Assembly (NCBI GenBank): GCA_031409275.1
Contig: JANNXA010000014.1
Location: forward strand, 160,001 to 224,000
Direction of reading: 5' to 3'
Length of the DNA: 64,000 bases
DNA from: Planctomycetota bacterium
Lineage (GTDB): Bacteria; Planctomycetota; B15-G4; SIAN01
Part shown: positions 1 to 9,086 of the stretch, in pieces
Layout of the letters: each line of letters begins with the position of its first letter
How positions within the stretch are numbered: position 1 is the first letter of the stretch
Notes under the pieces: generated by a model
What the model was told of the DNA's origin: nothing
The model's database searches: none
The model's input: the letters and a program-made list of their open reading frames with translations, nothing else
Translations under genes and position numbers: made by a program

Positions 1-157
1 CCTCGACGGAAACGGCGACTCCACCGCCTCCCTCGTCATCCCAAGTGGCCGCCTGCTCCAGCACAAGTTCAGCTACTTCAGCGGGGTCATCCTGCCGGCG
101 AGCAACTTGTCGACGGTGCGCTGGGTGCTGAACTCGGTCACGCTCGACGTGCAGTAG
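1..157 (+). CDS. 3' end of a CDS truncated by the window edge (hypothetical, possibly the C-terminal beta-rich domain of an exported protein)
   Basis: Open frame from position 2 reads LDGNGDSTASLVIPSGRLLQHKFSYFSGVILPASNLSTVRWVLNSVTLDVQ, with TAG at 155-157 and GC3-rich codons. Confidence 0.6.
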   Translation, partial: LDGNGDSTASLVIPSGRLLQHKFSYFSGVILPASNLSTVRWVLNSVTLDVQ

Positions 158-189
158 CCGCCGCGAGACGCCTCTCGAGCCACGCGTCA

Positions 190-219
190 GCCCGCTTTCG
201 AACCCCTTTCGGAGCGGGC
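190..219. terminator. Possible hairpin terminator between convergent genes
   Basis: Imperfect stem GCCCGCTTTCGAA-CCCC-TTTCGGAGCGGGC; no clear U-tract. Confidence 0.3.
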
Positions 220-226
220 GCGGTGC

Positions 227-1585
227 TCATCCGCCCGGCAACAGTTCGTCGATCCGCACCATTCGCCGTTCGTCGATGCTCTTGCGCGCTGCGATGCCGG
301 TGAGGCAGGCGAGCGCCCCGTCGCGCGATCCCGGCAGTTGCAGCCAAGCGGGCAGCTCCGGCTTGGCGAAAACCTGGGCAAGCAGCAGGTCGTCACCGCC
401 GCCGTGCCCGGCGCTGACGTTTTCGACATCGATCGCCTCGCGCGCGCCGAAGTTGCGCGTGAGCCAGATCTCGGTCGGCTTCTCCGGCTGCCACGGCTGG
501 CGATCGTGGTCGCGCACTTCCAGCCGCCCGCGCTCGCCGTTGAAGGCGATGCGGTAGCCCTCGAACGGCATCGCCGCGTTCAGCGAGTAGCTCATGGTGA
601 CGTCGTTCGAGTAGCGGACGAGCACGTTCATCGTGTCGAAGATGTCGACGTCCTCGCGGAAGACGCAGCCGTCCCGGAAATAGCCATCCTCGCTCTCGCA
701 ACCGACATAGAGCTCGGTCAAGCCCGGGTCCTTGGTGATGTCCCAGAAGAACGGGCACTTGGACGCATGCGGACAACCTCGGCAATGCTCATGCCGGAAA
801 GGGCCGTTGCGGCCGTACACCTTGAGATCACCGAACGCGGAGACCTCGACCGGCGCCGCCGCCAGCCACCAGTTCATCAGGTCGAAGTGGTGGCTCGCTT
901 TGTGGACCAGCAGCGAACCGCTGCGCGACCGCAGCCGATGCCAACGACGGAAGTAGTCCGCACCGTGACGGACGTCGAGGTACCAGCTGAAGTCGACCGA
1001 CGTCACCTTGCCGATGGCCCCGGCGAGCAGCAGTTCCTTCACCCGCTGATGCTTCTTGGCAAAGCGATAGTTGAAGCCAACGGTGAGCTTGCGCCCGCTG
1101 GCACGTTCGGCGTCGAGGACGGCGCGGCATTGCGCATCGTCCGTGACCATCGGCTTCTCGGTGATCACGTCGAGCCCGGCCTTGAGGCCGCGCACGATGT
1201 AGTCGGAGTGGGTCGCATCGACGGTCGTCACGGTCAGGAGCTCGGGTCGCGCTTCCTTCACCATCGCGTCGAAGTCGGTGAAGATCGGGCAGCTCGCGCC
1301 GAGTCTTCCGCGCACCAGCGCGGCGCGCTTGGCGTTCACGTCGCATAGCCCCACCAGTTCGACCGCGTCGCCATGGCGGGCGAGCACGCTCGCGCCCCAC
1401 ATCGTGCTGCCGCGGATGCCGGTGCCGACGATCGCGTAGCGCCGCTTGGCGCGCGCCACCGTCGGGAGCACGCCGCGCGGAAGCGCGAACGCCGCCGGGA
1501 CGAGCGCGGACGCGAGCGCCGCGCCGCTGGCCGCCTTCAAGAAACCGCGCCGCGTCACCGCGCTACTCGGCCGCTCGTTTTGCAT
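227..1585 (-). CDS. Gfo/Idh/MocA family NAD(P)-dependent oxidoreductase (YteT-like) with Tat signal peptide
   Basis: TRRGFLKAA twin-arginine motif, Rossmann YAIVGTG, EKP motif, ASHHFDL and C-terminal GHGGGD. Start placed at ATG 1585, which is preceded by GGAG; alternative start 1597. Confidence 0.88.
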   Translation of the reverse strand: MQNERPSSAVTRRGFLKAASGAALASALVPAAFALPRGVLPTVARAKRRYAIVGTGIRGSTMWGASVLARHGDAVELVGLCDVNAKRAALVRGRLGASCPIFTDFDAMVKEARPELLTVTTVDATHSDYIVRGLKAGLDVITEKPMVTDDAQCRAVLDAERASGRKLTVGFNYRFAKKHQRVKELLLAGAIGKVTSVDFSWYLDVRHGADYFRRWHRLRSRSGSLLVHKASHHFDLMNWWLAAAPVEVSAFGDLKVYGRNGPFRHEHCRGCPHASKCPFFWDITKDPGLTELYVGCESEDGYFRDGCVFREDVDIFDTMNVLVRYSNDVTMSYSLNAAMPFEGYRIAFNGERGRLEVRDHDRQPWQPEKPTEIWLTRNFGAREAIDVENVSAGHGGGDDLLLAQVFAKPELPAWLQLPGSRDGALACLTGIAARKSIDERRMVRIDELLPGG

Positions 1586-1686
1586 CGCCTGCTCCATCGG
1601 TCGGTCATCGGTTCGGGCCCGCGCGGCCAGGAGCCTACCCCCGGCGCGCGCCAGCACGGTTACCCTCGGCGCCTGGAGGGCCTGCC

Positions 1687-4600
1687 GTGACCACATCGCT
1701 TGCTTGCCTCGCCGCCTCGTGGTTCGCATCGACGGTGCCGGGCTTCGATGCTCCGAGCGCCGCCCCCGACACCCCCATCGCGTTCGGGCTGGCACGACTT
1801 GCCGCCGCCGGCGTCGATGGTGCTTGGGTCGAAACGCGCCTCGACCCTGGGCTCGGTCGCGAAGTCTTCGCGCTCGCACCGCACGAGCGCGGGGCGCGCG
1901 TCACCGCCGGCGACGCGACCGGCGCCATGTATGGGCTGCTCGAACTCGCCGAGCGCGTGCGCAGCGACGGGCTGCGTGCCCTCGCGCAGGCTCGCGGCGG
2001 CGGATCGCCCTACCTTGCCGAGCGCGGTCTCAACATCTTCCTGACGCTGCCGTGGAACGACGCTCGCCACGAGACCGAGTACGACCCGGCCGCGCTCACC
2101 GATCCGGCGCGCTGGTGGTTCCACGACGAGTCGTACTGGTCCACGCTGCTCGACCTCATGGCCGAGAGTCGGTTCAATTGGCTCGATCTGCACGGGATGT
2201 GGGACGTCCATTCGACCGGTGCACCGAATCTCTACGCCTACTTCGTCGACAGCGCGACCTACCCCGAGGTCGGCATCGCCAGTGCGCAGAAGCAGGCCAA
2301 TCTCGCGCGCCTGAACTGGGTCATCGAACGCGCGCACGCGCGCGGCATCCGCGTCAGCGTCATGTCGTACGAAGCGCGCCTCACCACGCCCCATCGTCGC
2401 AGCGTGCCCTATCCCGACGACGAGGCGACCACCTACGCCTACACGCGGGAAGCGGTCGCAGCGCTGATCCGCGCCGCGCCGGCGCTCGACGCCATCGGCT
2501 TCCGGATCGGCGAGAGCGGCCACGGCGGCGACTTCTTCCAGTGCTACGTCGAAGCGGTGGCCGCGAGCGGCCGCGACATCCCGCTGTTGACGCGCAGTTG
2601 GGTCACGCGCAAGGAGAAGGTGGTCCCGTTGGCGCGCGCGTCGTCCGACTTCACCGTCGAGATCAAGTACGACGGCGAGCAGTGGGCCGCTCCCTATCCC
2701 TTCAGCGGCGGCCGCGTGGCCAACTGGCACAGCTACTCGTTCGAGGACTACCTGAGCGATTCGTCGCCCGCCGGCGAGGGTGCGGCGGCCACCGCTTCCA
2801 AGCGAATCTGGCCGGGCCAGCCGCTCGCGGACGGCGAGCGTTGGCCCGATCAGCCCTACAAGATCGCCTGGCAGGTGCGCGCCAACGGGACTCATCGGAT
2901 CTTCCCCTTCCACGAACCCGATTGGGTGCGCCGCTCGATCGAACCGATGCGCGTCGGCACCGCGAGCGGCTTCACGGTCGAACCGGTGAACGCCTATTTC
3001 CCCGCGTCGCCGAGCTACTACCTCGCCGATCGAGCCACGCTGCCGTGCGACTGGATCCATCAGCGCGACGAGCTCTACCTGCTGGAATGGGGTCGACTCG
3101 GCTACGACCCGACCACCCCCGATCGCGTCTTCACGCAGCGACTGCGCGAACGCTTCGGCGACGCCGCCGAGCCGCTCGATGCCGCCTGGCGTGCGGCGAG
3201 CCGCGTGGTGCCGCTCGCCCTGCTCGCGCACGCGTTCGGACCCGACCATCGCGACCACGCTCCAGAACTCGAGTGGGGCGGCGCCACGCGCGAGTGGATC
3301 GAAGGCGAAGGGCTCGACACCCACGCGTTCCTGCCGATTCGCGAGGAGATCGCGCTGCGCACGACCGGCGGCCGCGACGGACGCATCTCCGCGTTGCGCG
3401 TGGCCGCCGAGCTCGACTCGCTCGCGCAGGAGATCGCGGTGCAGCGGCCGCGACTCGCCGCGCGTGACGCCGCGCCCGATGTTCCCGCGGCGCCCCGGTT
3501 GCACGAACTCGAGCAGGTCCTGGCGCAGCTCGAGCAGCTCGCGCGCTACCACGCCGGTCGCCAGCGCGCCGCGTGGTGGACCGCGTTGGCCAACGCGGCG
3601 CCGGGAACAACGGGCGCCCGGGAGCAGGCGGCGAGCGCGATGGAGTCGGCGCTCGCGGCGTGGCGGGAACTCTCGCTGTCGTCGGCGGCGAGCTTCTACG
3701 CGCCCTTCACCGATCGCCTGCGCATGCACACGCACGCTTTCCATTGGCGCGACGAGCTGCCGAAAGTCGAGGCGGAGACGAACTCCCTGCGGGGGTTGGT
3801 GAAGTCGTCGCGCACTCCGCCGGCACCGGCGCGGCCCGATCCTGAACTCGCCGTCAGCGCTCCTCGCAACGACATCGCGTTGACGTGGAGCGCCGACGGC
3901 GACGAGCTCATCGCAACGCTGCCCGCGCGCGGCCTCGATCGCGCATGGCTGCTCCACAAACCGCTGCCAAGCTCGACCTTCTTCCACCGAGTCGCGATGG
4001 CGAAGGAGGGGGCGAGGTTCACCGCTCGCCTCACGCGCGAACGGTGCGGCCACTTGTTGGCGGCGGAAGTCGCGGTCGGTGCGCAACAGTGGCGCTTGCC
4101 CGACGCGCTTGCGGCGACACCGTGGCTCGTGGTGCCGAGCCAACCCGGTCCGACGCCGCTCTACTTCGCGACCGGCGAGGCGCTCGCCCATCTCGACCCG
4201 GCCAGCCTCGATCCGTCGCTGCACGGCACGCTGGTCATCGCGCCGCGCGCATGGCAGTTCTTCCGCGACTTCGACGCGACGACGCAGCGCAAGCTCCTCG
4301 ACGTCGTAGCGCGCGGCTTCGAGCTGCTGGTGCTGCAGCAGGACTACACGTCGAACCGCTACCCGCTCTCCTGGCTGCCGAAGCCACCGCGCGTCGAGAA
4401 CGCTCGCCTCGACACCTTCGACCCGGGCGCCGCGCTCCACCTCGACGTCGTGCGCGCGCCGGACATCGTGCTGCAGCGCTTCGTCGCCACGCCCGGCTAC
4501 CAGCTGCATGGCAACGGCGCGATCGCGCAGCTGCGCATGGGCAAGGGCAACGTCTGGTTCGTGCAGGCACGCCTGATCCAGAACCTCGAGCTGCCGACGG

Positions 4601-6681
4601 CGGCGCGCGCGCTGCTGCAGCTGCTGCGGACGGGAGGCGGTGCCAGGCCGGTGATCCTCATCGACCCCGGCACGGAGAACAATCGCTTCGGGACCTCGCT
4701 GTTCCCCGACTTCCTGAACGCGCACGAGCTGCCGTTCCTCACGCTCGGCGAAGTGATCGCACAACGACAAGGGGTCGGGGCCGCAGCACCCGTTCCGGCA
4801 CGTCCGTGGGACGACCTCGTGTTGAATGGCCAAGGCGCCGCGCAACAGCAGCGCTACCTCGACACGCAGGCGCGCCAGTCCGCCGCGCGACCGGCCGCGA
4901 CGACGCGCGCCGAACTCGAGGCGTCGCAGCCCGGCCAGTTCCAGGCGATCCGCGCCGCGCTCGGACTCGATCCGCTGCCACCGCGCACGCCTCTGAACGC
5001 GAGCGTGACGGGGGTCCTGAAACGCGACGGCTATCGCATCGAGAAGATCGTCTACGAGAGTCGTCCCGACTTCCCGGTCACGGCGCATCTCTACGTTCCC
5101 GATGGCGCCGGCCCGTTCCCGGTGCTCCTCAATCCGCATGGCCACTGGTCGCACAAGAAGCTCGAGCCGGTGGTGCAGCAACGACTGATCCAGCAGGCCT
5201 TGCACGGCTACCTCGCGCTGATCGTCGACTCGCCCGGATCGAGCTTCGAAGGCGACGCGCGCATCGAGCGGCGCGAAGCGGGCAGCCACATGGACTTCCG
5301 CAACGTGCTCGGCTCCTGCGGCGCGGGCGCGGTCTATGTGTGGGACCTGATGCGCGGCCTCGACTACCTCGAAACGCGGCCCGAAGCGGACATGGGACAC
5401 GTCGGCATCACCGGCGCATCGGGCGGCGGACACGCCACGTTGTGGACGTTCGCGGCCGACCCGCGCATCGACGCGGCGGTCCCGGTCGTCTTCGCGACGA
5501 GCCTCGAGATCGAGCCGCACAACGGCTGCCCGTGCAACCACATCCCCGGCACGTTGCGGCTGGGCGATCGCGCCGACGTTCTCGCCGCACGCGCGCCCGC
5601 GCCGGTTCTGGTGCTCGGCGCGCGCGACGATCGCGAGTTTCCGCCCGCCGGCACCGAACTCACCGGCCGCAAGCTGAAGGAGCGCTGGGCGCTGCTCGAT
5701 GCCGCCGATGCGGTGGGATCGAAGGTCTTCGAAGGCCCGCACGACTACAACCTCGCGATGGTCGCCACCGCGCTCGGGTTCTTCGAGCGCCATCTCAAGG
5801 GAATCGGCGACGGAGCGCCGCTGGAGCTCACCGCGCGCCCCACCGAGCCCGAGGCCGCCGACGAACTCTTCTGCCTGCCGGCACCGCGACCGGGATCACG
5901 CACGATGCGCGACCTCGCCGTCGAGCGGCTCGCGGCGACGACGAAGCAGCCGGTCAACCGCGATCCCGCGGAGTTCCTGCGCGCGAACGGAGGGGTTGCC
6001 GCCGGCGCCCCCAAGCAGGTGAGCGCCCGCGACGAGGCGGGGCTCGCGGTCGATTTCCCGACGACGCTGGCACAGTCGGCGGCGCTCGCGGATCGAACGC
6101 TCGCGGTCCGTTTCGAGAGCGAGCCGGGCCTCGCGATTCCCGGCATCCTGCGTCTGCCTGCCAAGGAGATGCGCGGTGCGGTGGTGCTGGTCGGCGATGA
6201 CGGCAAGCAGAACGCCGACGAGCGCTGCACCGTCGAGAAGCTGCTGCTCGGAGGATTCGCCTGCTTCGCCATCGATCCGAGGGGCTTTGGCGAACTCGAT
6301 GGGATCGACCTGCGCCTCCTGATCTACCGCAACAGCGCCCCCGCCGTCGCCGCCGCGACCGACATCGCGGCCGCAGTCGCGCTGCTCGAGCCACTCACTC
6401 CCAAAGTCGTCGTCATCGGCGATGGCGCGGCCGGATCGCTCGCGGCGCTCGCGACCGCGCTGGCACGGCCCGAGCTTGCCGGCGTCATCGGCCGGCAGGG
6501 GATGCGCGAGTTCGCCGACGCCTTCGACGAGTCGATCCCGCTGCTCGCGCTGCAACCGCAGGCCGATCGACTGCCGCCGCTCTCGACGCTGCGCAGCGCC
6601 GTCACCATGCCGAGCCACTTCACCTTCCGCGGCGACCCCGGATTCGACCTCTACGCGGCGCTGCTGCGCCTGCTCCGCTGA
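1687..6681 (+). CDS. Large exported multidomain protein: N-terminal glycoside-hydrolase-like region fused to C-terminal acetylxylan-esterase-like alpha/beta hydrolase domains
   Basis: 1664-aa ORF with signal-like N-terminus; GAMYGLLELAE and RFNWLDLH resemble GH67/GH20-like regions; YESRPDFPVTAHLYVP, PHGH, WDLMRGLDYL, GITGASGGG nucleophile elbow, GPHDY. Confidence 0.7.
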   Translation: MTTSLACLAASWFASTVPGFDAPSAAPDTPIAFGLARLAAAGVDGAWVETRLDPGLGREVFALAPHERGARVTAGDATGAMYGLLELAERVRSDGLRALAQARGGGSPYLAERGLNIFLTLPWNDARHETEYDPAALTDPARWWFHDESYWSTLLDLMAESRFNWLDLHGMWDVHSTGAPNLYAYFVDSATYPEVGIASAQKQANLARLNWVIERAHARGIRVSVMSYEARLTTPHRRSVPYPDDEATTYAYTREAVAALIRAAPALDAIGFRIGESGHGGDFFQCYVEAVAASGRDIPLLTRSWVTRKEKVVPLARASSDFTVEIKYDGEQWAAPYPFSGGRVANWHSYSFEDYLSDSSPAGEGAAATASKRIWPGQPLADGERWPDQPYKIAWQVRANGTHRIFPFHEPDWVRRSIEPMRVGTASGFTVEPVNAYFPASPSYYLADRATLPCDWIHQRDELYLLEWGRLGYDPTTPDRVFTQRLRERFGDAAEPLDAAWRAASRVVPLALLAHAFGPDHRDHAPELEWGGATREWIEGEGLDTHAFLPIREEIALRTTGGRDGRISALRVAAELDSLAQEIAVQRPRLAARDAAPDVPAAPRLHELEQVLAQLEQLARYHAGRQRAAWWTALANAAPGTTGAREQAASAMESALAAWRELSLSSAASFYAPFTDRLRMHTHAFHWRDELPKVEAETNSLRGLVKSSRTPPAPARPDPELAVSAPRNDIALTWSADGDELIATLPARGLDRAWLLHKPLPSSTFFHRVAMAKEGARFTARLTRERCGHLLAAEVAVGAQQWRLPDALAATPWLVVPSQPGPTPLYFATGEALAHLDPASLDPSLHGTLVIAPRAWQFFRDFDATTQRKLLDVVARGFELLVLQQDYTSNRYPLSWLPKPPRVENARLDTFDPGAALHLDVVRAPDIVLQRFVATPGYQLHGNGAIAQLRMGKGNVWFVQARLIQNLELPTAARALLQLLRTGGGARPVILIDPGTENNRFGTSLFPDFLNAHELPFLTLGEVIAQRQGVGAAAPVPARPWDDLVLNGQGAAQQQRYLDTQARQSAARPAATTRAELEASQPGQFQAIRAALGLDPLPPRTPLNASVTGVLKRDGYRIEKIVYESRPDFPVTAHLYVPDGAGPFPVLLNPHGHWSHKKLEPVVQQRLIQQALHGYLALIVDSPGSSFEGDARIERREAGSHMDFRNVLGSCGAGAVYVWDLMRGLDYLETRPEADMGHVGITGASGGGHATLWTFAADPRIDAAVPVVFATSLEIEPHNGCPCNHIPGTLRLGDRADVLAARAPAPVLVLGARDDREFPPAGTELTGRKLKERWALLDAADAVGSKVFEGPHDYNLAMVATALGFFERHLKGIGDGAPLELTARPTEPEAADELFCLPAPRPGSRTMRDLAVERLAATTKQPVNRDPAEFLRANGGVAAGAPKQVSARDEAGLAVDFPTTLAQSAALADRTLAVRFESEPGLAIPGILRLPAKEMRGAVVLVGDDGKQNADERCTVEKLLLGGFACFAIDPRGFGELDGIDLRLLIYRNSAPAVAAATDIAAAVALLEPLTPKVVVIGDGAAGSLAALATALARPELAGVIGRQGMREFADAFDESIPLLALQPQADRLPPLSTLRSAVTMPSHFTFRGDPGFDLYAALLRLLR

Positions 6682-6751
6682 AAGGGCGGCCGCTGCCTGG
6701 TTCCGCCGCGATCTCCACTCGCCGGACTCGCGGTGCCGTTCGCGACGGACG

Positions 6752-8149
6752 TCAGCGCTGGAGCTTGTTCGCCGCGTTGAGCGCCGCGACCTTGTAGCAC
6801 TCGGCGAGCGTCGGGTAGTTGAAGACGGTTTTCAGGAAGTAGTCGAGACCGCCGCCAAGTCCGATCACCGCCTGGCCGACATGGATCAGCTCGGTGGCGC
6901 CGGTGCCGATGCAGTGGCAGCCGAGCAGCCGGTGATCTTCGCGATGGAAGAGCATCTTGAAGAGGCCGGAGTCGTCGCCCAGGATCTGCCCGCGCGCGGT
7001 ATCGCGGTAGCGCGCCAGACCGATCTCGTACGGCACCTTGCTGGCCGTGAGTTCCTGCTCGGTCGCCCCGACCATCGACAGTTCCGGGATCGCGTAGATC
7101 CCGATCGGGAAATGGGGCTCCATCGCGCTCGCCTCGACGCCGAACGCATGACACGCGGCGAGGCGTCCCTGCTCCATCGAAGTCGCGGCGAGGGCGGGCG
7201 AGCCGACGACGTCGCCGGCCGCGTAGATGTGCGGTCGTGCGGTCTGGAAGTGATCGTTCACCGCGATGCGGCCACGCGGGTCAGCGACGAGCCCGGCTCG
7301 CTCGAGGCCCAGATCCTTGGTGGCGCCGACGCGTCCGGTCGAGAAGAAGGCGACGTTCGCGACCAGCCGCTTGCCCGAGTCGAGCAGGACGACCGCACGC
7401 CTCGGAGGGCCCTGCTCCACTTGCACGGACTGCACCGATTCGCCGAGCCGGAAGCTCACGCCGTGGTCGCGCATCTGATGCATCAGCTCGTCGACGATCT
7501 CGCGGTCCAAGAACTCGAGCGGCCGCTCGCGTTTCTCGACGACGGTCACCTCGAGGCCGAGCAGCCCGAGCATCGACGCGTACTCCATGCCGATGACGCC
7601 GCCGCCGACCACCACGATCGAGCGCGGCATCGTGGCGAGCCCGAGCAGCTGATCGCTGTCGACGACGGTCTCGCCATCGATCGGCACGCCGGGCGGCGCG
7701 GCGGGGCGAGTGCCGACGGCCAGCATCACGTGGTGCGCGGTGACGAGGCGCTCGTTCGCCCCATCCACGATGGCCAGCGTGTGGTCATCGCGAAACGAAG
7801 CGAACCCGCGCACCACTTCGACGTCGTTGCGGTGCAGCTGCTTCTCGATGATCTCCGCCTCGCGCCGCAGCACTTCGGCGACGCGCCCCTTCAGCTGCTC
7901 GAAGCTCGCGCTGCTGCGCTGGCAAGCGATCCCGAATTCGACGGCCCGCTGGCTCTCCTTCCACCACAGCACGGCTTCGCGGAAGGTCTTGCTCGGAATC
8001 GTGCCGAAGCCGAGGCACTCCCCGCCGACCCGCGGCCGACGCTCCACCAGCAGCACCCGTTTGCCGAGCTTGGCGGCTTGGATCGCGGCACGCTGGCCGG
8101 CCGGGCCACTGCCGACGGAAACGAGGTCGTAGTCAGGAATGCTGGCCAT
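6752..8149 (-). CDS. sthA: Soluble pyridine nucleotide transhydrogenase
   Basis: GSGPAG FAD motif, GGECLGFGTIPSK (single Cys, as in STH), GGGVIG, GIYAIPE, and C-terminal VFNYPTLAECYKVAALNA. Confidence 0.88.
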   Translation of the reverse strand: MASIPDYDLVSVGSGPAGQRAAIQAAKLGKRVLLVERRPRVGGECLGFGTIPSKTFREAVLWWKESQRAVEFGIACQRSSASFEQLKGRVAEVLRREAEIIEKQLHRNDVEVVRGFASFRDDHTLAIVDGANERLVTAHHVMLAVGTRPAAPPGVPIDGETVVDSDQLLGLATMPRSIVVVGGGVIGMEYASMLGLLGLEVTVVEKRERPLEFLDREIVDELMHQMRDHGVSFRLGESVQSVQVEQGPPRRAVVLLDSGKRLVANVAFFSTGRVGATKDLGLERAGLVADPRGRIAVNDHFQTARPHIYAAGDVVGSPALAATSMEQGRLAACHAFGVEASAMEPHFPIGIYAIPELSMVGATEQELTASKVPYEIGLARYRDTARGQILGDDSGLFKMLFHREDHRLLGCHCIGTGATELIHVGQAVIGLGGGLDYFLKTVFNYPTLAECYKVAALNAANKLQR

Positions 8150-8257
8150 GGCCGTGTCTCGCACGGGACGCGCGGGAGAGACCGGGGATGGTACGCCGCC
8201 AACCACCGCTCGAGTGCTGCGAGCGAAACGACGCCCGCAACCTCGATCGCCACCGCT

Positions 8258-8770
8258 TCAGCGTCGCGGCTCGATCCGCCGCAGCGAGCGCAGCGCGTGC
8301 GGCTCGACGAGGATGAACTCGCTCCACTCGCCGTGTTCGAGCGAGGCGGGCGGGAAAGGACCCTCGCCTTCCAGCTGCACGTAGCAGGTCAGGTTGCTGC
8401 CCAGATGGAGCACGATCTCGCCGCCCGATGGCGGTTCCGTGCGCTCGACGAGGCCACCGTAAACACGATCCTCGGCCCGCTCGGGCGGCAGTTGCGGCCC
8501 TTCGTTGGCAGGATGAAGGCGGCACGCGTAGTGGCCGGGCGCGTCCGCCTGCCGCGACGCTTCAGCGACGCTGGCCAACACCACTTCGACCTCGTCGGCA
8601 AGCTCGAGCGGTGGCGCGTCGGCCGGCAACGCCACCTGCAGATCGCACCAGCTCCACCAGCGATCCGTTCGGTAGTCGGCGTGGCGCAGACGCAGCGTGG
8701 CGATGCGCCCGCCATCGGCGGCAATGGCGAGTTGCCGGATCGCTCCGCGCGCGACGTCGCTGGCTCGCAT
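8258..8770 (-). CDS. Hypothetical protein (170 aa)
   Basis: ATG at 8770 preceded by GAGGAG; globular-looking sequence; fills the gap between the tRNA terminator and sthA. Confidence 0.6.
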   Translation of the reverse strand: MRASDVARGAIRQLAIAADGGRIATLRLRHADYRTDRWWSWCDLQVALPADAPPLELADEVEVVLASVAEASRQADAPGHYACRLHPANEGPQLPPERAEDRVYGGLVERTEPPSGGEIVLHLGSNLTCYVQLEGEGPFPPASLEHGEWSEFILVEPHALRSLRRIEPRR

Positions 8771-8818
8771 CGTCGAACTCCTCGTGGGTCGCGGCCCCGC
8801 AGCTGCCGGGATCGGCGG

Positions 8819-8854
8819 AAACGAAAACGGCCGCCGGAGGGGTCTCCGACGGCC
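8819..8854 (-). terminator. Rho-independent terminator downstream of tRNA-Gln
   Basis: Minus strand GGCCGTCGGAG-ACCC-CTCCGGCGGCC followed by GTTTTCGTTT. Confidence 0.75.
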
Positions 8855-8865
8855 GAGGTTGCGCG

Positions 8866-8940
8866 TGGCTGCCCGACTAGGACTCGAACCTAGACTTACG
8901 GAGTCAGAGTCCGCTGTCCTACCAATTAGACGATCGGGCA
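8866..8940 (-). tRNA. tRNA-Gln (anticodon CTG)
   Basis: Acceptor stem TGCCCGA/TCGGGCA, D arm, anticodon arm GCGGA-CTCTGAC-TCCGT, T arm CTAGG-TTCGAGT-CCTAG, encoded CCA. Confidence 0.97.
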
Positions 8941-9050
8941 ATGCACGAACGACAGACACGAACGCCGGCTGCGTCTTGCGGACCACGGCACGGTTGCCGT
9001 CCAAGATCGGCCAGCGGCGCCGTCTGACTTCAGCGCCCGGTTCCGGTCTG

Positions 9051-9086
9051 AAACGGGCGTCGGAGCATATCGGCGCTTCCGGCGCC
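9051..9086 (-). terminator. Possible terminator after the KamA-family gene
   Basis: Imperfect stem GGCGCCGGAAGC/GCTCCGACGCC followed by CGTTT, immediately after the stop codon. Confidence 0.35.

Noticed and set aside
8866..8900. tRNA-Gln as attachment site of an integrated element
   Set aside because: No duplicate of the tRNA 3' end and no integrase noticed; a normal terminator follows the tRNA
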